Positions 26,501-38,500 of a stretch of DNA of 64,000 nucleotides are shown here, piece after piece (positions within the stretch are counted from its first letter, which is position 1; every line of letters starts with the position of its first letter). The notes beneath the pieces are model-generated. The model was not told the origin of the DNA. It saw only the letters and a list, made by a program, of their open reading frames with translations, and ran no database searches. A program made the translations under genes and the position numbers. The stretch is from Scyliorhinus canicula (lineage: Eukaryota), in contig NC_052154.1 of assembly GCF_902713615.1 (NCBI RefSeq), positions 63,409,652-63,473,651 of the forward strand. Direction: 5' to 3'.

Positions 26501-29500
26501 TGAATGCTTAGAACCCTGTATGAACGTTAAGTAAGAATATTATGTATTCAACACTAGAGAACAAGGTGAACATGAAATTATTGATCAACATGTGACTGCA
26601 GTCATGACTTTCAGAATCATATAAATTTGGGCAGCTAAAAGATGATCTGACTGAAGATCGAATAGTATTAAATGTAGGAGACCACTCAGTGAGAGCAAGT
26701 CTACTTATAAAGGAAAAACGTATGCTCAAGAAATTGATAGACTTGTGTAGAAATGCGGAGCTTGCAAATCGTCAGTCAGAGCACATGTATGACAGAGCAG
26801 AGCAAGAGTTACATTGTATTGAGAGACATTTCTGGCCGAAATGTCGGAATAATCACAAATGCTACAGGCACTATCCACAATCGAATGGAAAGACTGAGGT
26901 GGCAGCGAAAATTGTTAAAGGAATTATCAGGAAATCAATGTCGGTTGAAGGAAGATCAGTCAGCACATTGTCAAGATATGCACTTAGAAAAATCACTGAA
27001 AAAATCAGCTTTGGAAAGCAGAAAAAGCAATTTCATAATATGAACAAAAAAATTCTGGAAAATGTTGGCTGATCAGGCAGCATCTGTGTAGAGAAATAGA
27101 GTGAGCATTTCAGGTTGTGACCTTTCATCAGAACTTGCTGAACTTGTCCATCATTTTTTGTTCTTATTTCCGATTTCTGGCACCCACAGTATTTTGAATT
27201 GTTTCTAATACAAAAGTAACATAACATAAAAGAAATAGTGAACACAAAATAAATTGTGATCGTTGCTTCTTTTGCAAATCACTTTAACGTTGTGGCCTCT
27301 CAGTCTCGATTCTTCTAAGAGCGGGAGCGGTTTCTCCCTATCTATTCTGCCCAGCTTCCTCATGATTTTGAATACCTCTATCAAAGGATCTTAGCCGTCT
27401 TCTCTCCAAGGAGAACAGTCTTAACTTCTCCAGTCTATCTTCATAATTGAAAGTTCTCATCCCCGGAACCGTTTTTGTAAACTACTTCTGCATTCTCTCC
27501 ACTGTGTTCACATCTAAAGTGTGGTGCCCAGAACCGTACTCAATACCAGCTGAGATCAAACTAGTATCCTACACAAGTTCAGCATAACCTCCTTTCTGTT
27601 ATACTCTATGCCCCTATTAATAAAGCCTGGATACTGTCTTCTTTATTAACTGCTTTCTCCACCTTCAATAGTTTTGAATATTCACACCCAAGTCCCTCTG
27701 CGCTTGCACACCCTTTAGAGTTGTACCCTTTACATTATACTATCCCTCCATGTTCTTCCTACCAAAATGAATCACATCAGACTTCTCTGCATTGAACATC
27801 ATCTGCCAACTATCTGCCGACTCCTCCAACTTGTTTATATCCTTTTGAAGTTCTACACTATCCTGCTCACAGTTTATAATGCTTCCAAGTGTTACATCAT
27901 ATGCAGATTTTGAAATTGTTCCCTGCACACCAAGATCTAGATCACTAATATACATCAGGAGAAGTAAGGGTCCCAATACCAACCCCTGAGGAGCTCCACT
28001 ACAAATGCTCCCCAGCCCAAAAAACATCCATTAGACATCATTTTCCATTTCCTATTACCCACCCAATTTTATATCCACATTGCCATAGTCCCTTATATTC
28101 CATGAGCTAGAAATGTTCCCACAAGTCTGTTGTGTGGCACTGTATCGAATGCCATTTGGAAGTCCATGACCACATAAACAATATTACCTCCATCAACCCT
28201 GTTACCTCTTCCCTCCAGCAAGTTATTTATAAATGTTTTTATTCAGTTTTCGTATTTTATATTGAACAAATTACAAATTGTTAGGAGAGAGAAACAAAAA
28301 AAAAAAACAAACAAAAACAAACACGCAAAAATTAACATACATATTTACAGGTAAGCATCTTCGTAGTAGTAACTGCGCCCCCCCCCCCCCCCCCCCCCCC
28401 AACATGTTTATTTAGCTTGGTTTTGGGCCTTAGCTAGCCATCGAACCCCCGTAACGAACCTGTAGCCCCCCCCCCCCTCCCGCTACCTTCCCCCGACTAT
28501 TCTTCCTCTTGTACATTGGCCACAAATAGGTCCCGGAACAGTTGCATGAATGGCTCCCACGTTCTGTGGAAGCCGTCGTCCGACCCTCGGATGGCAAATT
28601 TGATTTTCTCCATTTGGAGAGATTCCGAGAGGTCGGACAGCCAGTCCGCAGCTCTGGGCGGTGCTGCTGACCGCCAGCCAAACAGGATTCTACGGCGGGC
28701 GATCAGGGAGGCAAAGGCAAGGGCATCCGCCCTCCTCCCCAGGAATAGATCTGGCTGTTCTGAAACCCCGAAGACCGCCACTATCGGGCATGGCTCCACC
28801 CTCACTCCCACCACTTTGGACATTACCTCGAAGAAGGCTGTCCAGTACTCCACGAGTCTGGGGCAAGACCAGAACATGTGGGCGTGGTTGGCCGGGCCTC
28901 TTTGGCACCGTTCACATCTGTCTTCCACCTCCGGGAAGAACCTACTCATACGGGTTCTTGTTAAGTGGGCTCTATGTACCACTTTTAGTTGCGTCAGGCT
29001 GAGCCTTGCGCACGTGGAGGTGGAGTTGACCCTATGCAGTGCTTCGCTCCAGAGTCCCCACCCGATCTCCATCCCCAGGTCGTCCTCCCATTTCCTCCTT
29101 GTTGCGTCCAGTACGGTGTCGTCCCTATCTACCAGTCGGTCATACATGTCACTACAGTTCCCTTTCTCTAGGATACTTGCGTCCAGTAGGTCTTCCAGTA
29201 GTGTCTGTCGTGGCGGTTGTGGGTATGTCCTTGTCTCCTTTCGTAGGAAGTTTTTGAGCTGCAGGTACCGTAGCTCGTTCCCCCCAGCTAGCTGAAATTT
29301 CTCTGTCAGTTCGTCCAGTGTTGCGATCCTGTCGTCCGTGTATAGGTCCCTGACTGTCAGTGTCCCCCCGTCCTGCCTCCACCTTTTGAAGGTGGCGTCG
29401 GTCAGTGCTGGTTTGAACCTATGGTTGTTGCAGATGGGAGCCCTGTTCGACATTTTGGTCAGGCCAAGTTGCTGCCGCAGTTGGTTCCAGGATTGGAGGG

Positions 29501-32500
29501 TGGCTGTCACCACTGGGCTGCTGGAGTGTTTTTTGGGTGGGGATGGGAGTGCTGCCGTGGCGAGGGCCCGGAGGGAGGTTCCCATGCAGGAGGCCTCCTC
29601 CGCACGCACCCACTCAGCTTCTGGCTCCTGGATCCATCCCCTTAGTCGCTCGGCTGTTGCTGCCCAGTGGTAGAATTGTAGATTCGGGAGGGCTAACCCT
29701 CCCCTGGTTTTTGTTTTTTGTAAGACCTTCTTTGGGATCCTAGCATTTTTACCCCCCCATATGAACGCCATGATGAGTTTGTCCAGCGCTTTGAAAAAGG
29801 CCTTGGGGATGTAGATCGGAATGGATCTAAACAGGAAGAGGAACCTGGGCAGTACGTTCATTTTGATCGTCTGAACTCTCCCCGCGAGGGAGAGCGGGAG
29901 TGTGTTCCATCTTTGCAGGTCCTTTTTAACTTCCTCCGTCAGGCTGGTGAGGTTCCATTTGTGGATCCCTTTCCAGTCATGGGCTATTTGGATCCCCAGG
30001 TAGCGGAATTTATGTCGGGCTTGTTTGAACGGCAGCCCCTTTAGTGCTGCCCCCCCCCCCCCCCCCCCCCCCCCCCTTGCGGGTGTAATGGGAAGATCTC
30101 ACTTTTGCTCATGTTGAGTTTGTAGCCCGAGAAGGCTCCAAACTCTTTCAGGAGCGCGATGATTCCGTCCATGCTGCTTTGTGGGTCCGAGATATAGAGG
30201 AACAGATCATCCGCATAGAGTGAGACTCTGTGCTCTCTACCTCCCCTTCGGATCCCCCTCCAATTTTTTGCTGCCCTGAGCGCGATTGCTAGCGGTTCAA
30301 TTGCTAGTGCGAACAGCAGCGGGGACAGTGGGCATCCTTGTCTGGTGCCCCTGTGCAGCTGGAAGTATTGGGAGTTGGTATTGTTGGTCTGTACACTCGC
30401 CATGGGAGCGTTGTACAGGAGCTTTACCCAAGCGGTGAACCCTGTTCCAAGCCCGAACCGCTCCAGTACCTCTATGAGGTATTTCCACTCGACTCTGTCG
30501 AAGGCCTTTTCTGCGTCCAGGGAGACGATCACCTCTTGTGTTCTCTCCCCGGAGGGGGTCATTATCACGTTCAGCAGGCGCCTGATGTTCGCGGTCAGCT
30601 GTCTACCTTTGACAAAGCCCGTCTGGTCCTCTGTGACCACCTCAGGTACACAGTCTTCTAGCCTTTTGGCTAGGATTTTGGCCAGTATTTTGGCGTCTGC
30701 ATTCAGCAGAGATATGGGTCTGTATGACCCACATTCCGTTGGGTCTTTGTCTTTCTTAGGTATCAGCGGGATTGAGGCCTGTGCTAACGTGGGTGGCAAC
30801 GTGCCCCTAGCTAGCGAGTCTGTGAACATCTCCCGCAGGTGCGGGGCCAGCGCTGTCGCAAATTTTTTGTAGAAGTCCGCCGGGAATCCGTCCGGTCCCG
30901 GCGCCTTCCCCGCCTGCATGGAGCTAATGCTCTCCATGATCTCTCCCAGTGCTAGTGGTGCTTCCAGATCCCGTTTTCTGCCCTCTCCCACAACTGGTAT
31001 GTTCAGTCCGTCAAGAAACCGGTTCATCCCAGCCTTCCCCGTTGGGGGCTCTGAGATGTACAGCTCTTGGTAGAAGGCCTTGAAGGTTTTGTTAATCCTC
31101 TCTGGTTCTGTTTCCAACGTGCCTCTGGTATCTCTGATTTGCGCAATTTCTCTGCTGGCTGCCTGCTTTCTCAGCTGGTGGGCCAACAGGCGGCTGGCTT
31201 TGTCTCCGTGTTCGTATAGGGCCCCGCGTGCCTGGCGGAGTTGGTGTACTGCTTTCCTGGTGGAGAGCAGGTCAAAGTTCCTTTGTAATTCTTTTCTCTC
31301 CGCCAGGAGTTCTACAGTCGGGGCCTCGGAGTATTTATGGTCTACCTCCAGTATGGAGTCGACCAGCTTCTGCCTAGCCACCCTTTCCTCCCTATCTCTT
31401 TGCGCTTTGTAGGCTATGATTTCCCCTCTTAGTACGGCCTTAAGCGCTTCCCAGAACGTGGAGGGTGAGACCTCCCCGTTTTGGTTGATCTCAGTGTACT
31501 CCGCTATGGCCTGCGCTATCCTTTCGCTGAAGGCCTTGTCAGCTAGTAAGGCACCGTCCAACCTCCATTTGGGGCGCTGGGCCCTTCCCGTCTCTAGCCG
31601 CACATCCATGTAGTGTGGAGCGTGGTCTGATATCACAATTGCGGAGTATTCCACCTTGTCTATCTCTGGAAGCACCGTTTTCCCCACCACAAAGAAGTCA
31701 ATTCTGGTGTACACGTTGTGTACTGGGGAGAAGAAAGAGAATTCTTTCTCCCCCGGGTGGGCGAATCTCCAGGGGTCTACTGCTCCCATCTGCTCCATAT
31801 AGTGGCTGAGTTCCCTTGCCATGTTTGAGGTTTTCCCCGTTCTGGGGTTTGATCTGTCCGTCGTTGGGTCCTGTACACAGTTGAAGTCCCCCCCCCATGA
31901 TTAGTCGGTGCGTCGCTATGTCCGGGATTTCTGCCATGGTCTTTTGGATGAAGCTCGTGTCGTCCCAGTTGGGCGCGTACACGTTAACTAGAACTACCGG
32001 CGCCCCATCCAGGGCCCCGCTGACCATGACATACCGTCCCCCTGGGTCCGTAACCGTCTTTGCCTGGGTCCGTAACCGTCTTTGCCAGCAAGTTATTTAA
32101 ACATGATTTTTCCCTTTTCCATGTTGCATCTTCATAATCAACCCACATTTTTCCATATAACTATTAATTCTATCCCAACTATTTGTTTCTAGAGCCTTTC
32201 CCACCACTGAAGTTAAACTGACTGGTCTGTTATTGGTGGCATTAGCCTTACAATCTTTTTGGAACAAAAGCATAATGTTTGCAATTCTTCAGTCCCCTGT
32301 ACCTACACTGAGTCAAGGGAAGACTGAAAAATTATGGCTAGTGCCCCTAGAATTTCCATTCTCACTTCCTTTAATATCCTTGGATGCATCTCATCTGGTC
32401 CCTGTGCCTTGTCAACTTTAAGGAAAGGCAGTTTATCTAATACCATCTCATTAGCAACTTTGAATCCTTCTGGTTACAGAGTTTCCTACTCTGCCATCAC

Positions 32501-35500
32501 GACCTGGGCAGTGTTACGATCTCAGTTGATGTTACAACTGGATGGGAAGATCCCACAATGCTGGCTCAAAAGACTGTAACTTTTATTTTTTTTTTAAAGG
32601 TGGCATCAGTGAGTGCTGGTGTGGACCTATGGTTATTACAGATGGGAGCTTTAGAACATAGAACAGTACAGCACAGAACAGGCCCTTCAGCCCTCGATGT
32701 TGTGCCGAGCAATGATCACCCTACTCAAACCCACGTATCCACCCTATACCCGTAACCCAACAACCCCCTTTAACCTTACATTTTAGGACACTACGGGCAA
32801 TTTAGCATGGCCAATCCACCTAACCCGCACATCTTTGGACTGTGGGAGGAAACCGGAGAACCCGGAGGAAACCCACGCACACACGGGGAGGACGTGCAGA
32901 CTCCACACAGACAGTGACCCAGCCGGGAATCGAACCTGGGACCCTGGAGCTGTGAAGCATTTATGCTAACCACCATGCTACCATGCTGCCCCACTTTGTC
33001 GGGCATTTCGGTCAGTCCGAATTGCTGCTGTAGTTGGTTCTAAGTCTGGAGGGTGACTACCACCACTGGGCTGCTGGAGTGTTTCTTGGGTGGGGATGGG
33101 AGTGTTACCATGGCGAGGGCCCGGAGAGAGGCCTTCTCCGCGTGCACCCACTCGATTTCTGGCTCCTTTATCCATCCCATCACTCTTTGTGCTGTCGCTG
33201 CCCAGTGGTAGTACTGTAGGTTTGGGAGGGCTGGCCCTTCACTGTATTTTGTTTTCTGTAGGACCTTCTTTGGGATCCTAACATTCTTTCCCCCCCCAAA
33301 CAAACAAACGGCATGATTAATTTGTCCAATGAGTCTGAGACCTGTATTAAGCACACATCTTAATTTCTATCTCCATTTTAATCCAGAGAGCTCTGGATTT
33401 GTTCACTTTACCTTTCCCTTTTGACGGAATATACCTTGACTGTGCCTGCATTCTTTCTTCTTTGATGGGAACTTATTGTTCAGCGACAGTTAATCCCATA
33501 AATCTTTGATTCCAGTCTATCCGGCCGAGCTCCATTCTCGCTCCACTGAAGTTGGCTCTTCCCCAATTAATTCCTCTTACTCTGCATTGCCATTGTCCTT
33601 TTTTACCATCATCCTAAACTTTATGATCACTGCCTCCGAAATGTGCCCCCACTGACACTTGATCTACTTGGCCTACCTCATTTCCCAGAATCAATTCCAG
33701 CAGTACCTCTTTTCTTGTTGGACTGGACACATATTGCTGGAGAAAATTCTCCTGAATGCACTCTAGGAACTCGTGAACCTTCCTGTCCTTCACGCTGCCT
33801 TAATCCGAGTTTATTTTCAGGTATTTAAAGGCCCCCATTATAATGGCTCTATAATGTTTGCACCTCTGTGCAGTTTCCCTGCAGATTTGTTCCTCTACAT
33901 TCTTCCCACGAGTTAGTGGCCTGTAGACTTCAACGAGCAATGTAATTGCACCCTTTTTGTTACAGAACAGGCTTGTCCAACGTACAAGCCGAGGGCTCAT
34001 CCAGCCCTCAAAGCCCCTCTGAGTGGCCCCCAGAATTGGTTTTCAAAATCCTGGTCAGACAGGCAAGTTTGAATGTGAGATCCTGCAATCACACACTATT
34101 TCTCTCCTGCATTTGCTGAGCCTATGCAGCAAATATAGGAAAGAAAACATTTGTGACTGGAGGAGCAGTAAACACTAACCACAATGCATTTGAGGCCCAG
34201 TGATCGCAGGAATGGGGAGGTGAAGGCCGGGGAGCCCAGGAACAGGGAGTATAGAGCTGGGATGCCCAGGAGTGGGGAGCTAAAGGTCTGTGATCCCAGG
34301 AGTAGAGAGATAAAGGCCTGGGAGCAGGGTGCTGAGGGTCAGGGCGCCCAGGAGCAGGGAGCTGAGGGCTGAAGACCCCCGGATGGGTGTGCTCAGGGCC
34401 AGGTAGTCCAGGAGCGGGCTCAGGGCTGGGGAACTCTGGAGCGAGGAGCTAGCCCGATGAGTGGGGAGCCGAGCTTAGGAGCAGAGATGCCAGGAAGAGG
34501 GATCCAGGGATCCAGAGTAGAGCACAAGGCTGCGGAAGCATCTGAGTAGGTGAGTGACTGGATACTGTGTGAGAGAGTGTGAGGTATGAAGGTGCAAAAG
34601 ATAGAGTATGCTTTTGGTAGTGGGGTGGGAGATTGTCTATTGAAGTTGCAAAGTGTGTGATGGGGACAGTGCATAGCCAGGTTGGGGAGAGTGTGTGGAT
34701 TGGGGGGGGAGAACTAGTGTGTCCATAGGTCTGGTTCACTTCCAGTATTAGGGTTTTCATTCGCCCTCACCCACACATACCACTGTGCACTCTCGTCCAC
34801 TCTCGCAATGGGTGAGGGTGAACGAGTAAGCACTCTGAAACATACTCGTCCTATTACACACTAATACTGATATTTATTTATTTCTCTTTTCTTTTGGTCA
34901 GCAAGATTTTTCATTTATACCTTTTTTAATTCATGTGTAATGTTGTGCCTAACTTTATTTCCCCAAATCTGCTCATTGGCCTCTTGAGTGAATAAAAATT
35001 TGAAATGTTGCCCCCTGCCCACAGGTGGAAAGTTGGACAACCTTGTTGTAGAGTATACATGGATCTGCTTTAAAAGGACTCCAAGACCTATCCACACCCC
35101 TAGCCAAGCTGTTCCAGTACAGCTACAACACCGGCAATGTGGAAAATTGCCCAGATGTGTCCTGTACACAAGAAACAGGACAAATCCAACCCAGCCAATT
35201 ACCACCCTATCAGTCTACTCTCCGCCATCAGCAAAGTGATGAGAGGAATCATCAACAGTGCTATCAAGTAGCACTTACTCAGCAATAACCTGCTCACGGA
35301 CGCTCAGTTTGGGTTCCGCCAGCGGCAGTCAGCTCCTGACCTCATTGCAGCCTTGGTTCAAGCACGGACAAAAGAGCTGAATGCCAGAGATGAGGTGAGA
35401 GTGACTGCCCTTGACATCAAGACGGCATTTGACCAAGTATGATATCAAGGACCCCTAGCTAAACTGGAGTCAATGGGAAACAGGGGGGAAACTCCACTGG

Positions 35501-38500
35501 TTGGAGTCACAAAATGGCACAAAGGAAGATGGTTGTGGTGGTTGGAGGTCAATCATCTCAACTCCAGGACATCACTGCATGGATTCCTAGGGTAGTGTCC
35601 TCGGCCCAACCATCTTTAGTTGCTTCATCAATGACATCCCTTCCATCATAAGGTCAGAAGTGAGGATGTTTGAGGATGACTGCATAATGTTCAGCGCCAT
35701 TCACAACTCCTCAGATAATGAAGCAGTCCATGTCCAAATGCAGCAGGACTTGGACAATATCCAGGCTTGGGCTGACAAGTGGCAAGTTACATTCGTGCCA
35801 CACAAGTGTCAGGCAATGACCATCTCCTACAAAAGAGGATCTAACCACCGCCCCTTGATATTCAATGACATGACCATTGCTGAATCCCCCACAATCAACA
35901 TCCTGGGGGTTACTATTGATCAGAAACTGAATTGGACCCGCCACATTAATACTGTGGCTACCAGGTCAAAGGCTAGGAATCCTACAACGGGTAACTCACC
36001 TCCTGACTCCCCAAAGCCTGTCCACCATCTAAAAGGCATAAGTCCGGAGTGTAATGGAATACTCTCCACTTGCCTGGTTGAGTGCAGCTCCAACAATACT
36101 GAAGAAGCCCAACACCATCCAGGACAAAGCAGCCCACTTGATTACTCCCCCTTTCGCAAACATTCAATCCCCCACCACCGACGAACAGTGGCAGCCGTGT
36201 GTACCGTCTACAAGATGCACTGCAGTAACTCACCAAGGTTCCTTAGATAACACCTTCCAAACCCACAATCAATGCCATCTAGAAGGACAAGACCAGCAAA
36301 TACCTGGGAACCCAACCACCTGGAGGTTCCCCTCCAAGTCACTCACCACCCTGGCTTGGAAATATATCGCTGCTCCTTCACTGTTGCTGGGGCAACATCC
36401 TGGAACTCCCTCCCTAACAGCACAGTGGGTATACCGATGCCTCAAGGACTGCAGCGGTTCAAGAAGGCAACACACTACCACCTTCTGAAGGGCAACTAGG
36501 GGTGGGCAATAAATGCTGGGCTAAGCAGTGATGCCCACATCCCGTAAATGAATGATAAAAAAAAACAAGACAATGCTACTATACCTGTGTACAGCTTAAA
36601 AACTCCTCACATGGCCATGGTGTATCCTCAGGAAATTCACAAAGTGATGTGGAGCTCATGTCCTGCAGGATCCGGTCAATACGATATTCAATAAGGTCAT
36701 TTATTCTGTGAACCAGCAAATCAATTTCTCCTTTGGGACAGAAACATAAGTAAAGACCAGAAAACCTATAATCACAAATTCAATAAGAAAATGAAGGAGA
36801 GGATGAACCATGACCACGTCAAGTGGAGTTTCTAAAATGTTCCTCTTGTTTTATGCTTGAACATATAAATATTTCTTTTGATTGTATCAGTCTTCATAAT
36901 TACTACCATTTATGCTTTTATGCTGTTCTAAAATAGCAAAACCAATTGGTGTTTGGAAATACTATTTACCTGGTTCCATACAATGTAACTTTGCCTTTAT
37001 AAATGCATTGTATGACAATACCCACATTTTGCAGTCAATGGAAAATTGATGATGCTTGCCGCTATCCTTGAAAACAGCTGTTCACAAAGATGTGGTGATC
37101 CATGGAGCATCATTTTCGACTTTCTTGATGTTAGTTTAATTCCATAGAATCCCTGCAGTGCAGAGGGAGGTCCAATCCTCTGAAAGAGAAGTTTCCATAG
37201 GCCCAATCCCCTGTCCTATCCCCGTAACCCCATGCACTCATCATGGCCAATCCACCTAACCTGCACATCTTTGGACTGTGGGAGGAAACTGGAGCCCTGG
37301 AGGAAACACAGATAGAAACAGGGACAAAGTGCAAACTTTACACAGTCACCCAAGGCCAGAATCAAACTCAGGTCCCTGGTGCTGTCAGGCAACAATGTTA
37401 ACCACCTTGCCGCTATTAGCTGCAGAAGATCATCATGCAAGCTAAGCGGTCAATCACCTTGAAGAATTCTCACGTACAGCAAATTGAGAAGATAAAAACA
37501 CTGATTGTCCTTCATTTTTTCATAATTTTACAGAGAGAGAAATAACATTGGGACATACACATGGGACGTAGGTGGAATTTGAAATGCCAGTAAGTGTTTT
37601 AACATAACAGAGAAATTTGATATTCCACCAGAAATATACAATTATTTTTCATGACCAAAGACGCTGTTTAGCAGTAATTATAATTCATAGAATCATAGAA
37701 TAGTTACAGCAACGGAGGAGGCCATTTGGTCCATTCTGTCTATGCTGGCCCTCTAAAGGAGCAATTAATCTCACGTCACTTCCCTGCCTTTTCCCTGTCG
37801 CCCTTAATGTTTTTCCTTTTCAGATGATGACCCCATTCTCTTTTGAAATCCTCAATTAACTCTGCCTCCACCAAATTCTTGGGCAGGCCAGCATCACCCA
37901 CATCCCATCAATTAATTTTTTAAAATTCCAGATCCTAACCACTCACTGTGTGAAAATGTTTTTTCTCATGTTATCAATGCTTCTTTTGGAATGAACCTAA
38001 ATCTGTTCCCTCTGGTTCTTGATCCTTTTGCCAATGGGAACAATTTCTCCCTATCTATTCTGCCCAGGCACCTCATGATTTTGAACACTTCTATCAAATC
38101 TCCTCTTAGCCCGCTCTTCTCCGAAGAAAACAATCCTAACTTTGCCAATGTTTCTACGTAATTGAAGTTCCTCATCCCTGACATCATTCTTGTGAATCTT
38201 TTCTGCACCCTCTCTAATGTTTTTACATCCTTTCAAAAGTAAGCTGCTCAGAACTCGGTACAATACTATAGTTGAGGCTGATCCAGTAATTTAGAGGTTT
38301 AACATGACTTCCTTGCTTTTCTACTCCATGTCCCTATTAATAAAGTCTATGATGCCATATGCTTCATCAACCTTGCTCTCCAATTGTTTCACAATCTTCA
38401 ATGATGTACATAAATACCCTGGTACCTCTCTTTCTGCATTCCCTTTAGAATTGTACCCTTTAGTTTATATTGGGCTGAATTTTCAGCCCTGTGGGATCTT

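Noticed and set aside
28516-29295. 259-aa plus-strand ORF
   Set aside because: Antisense shadow of the GC-rich L1 ORF2 with no recognisable motifs.
34184-34520. Collagen-like or CRISPR-like repeat
   Set aside because: Degenerate minisatellite with no Gly-X-Y frame, no unique spacers and a eukaryotic context.
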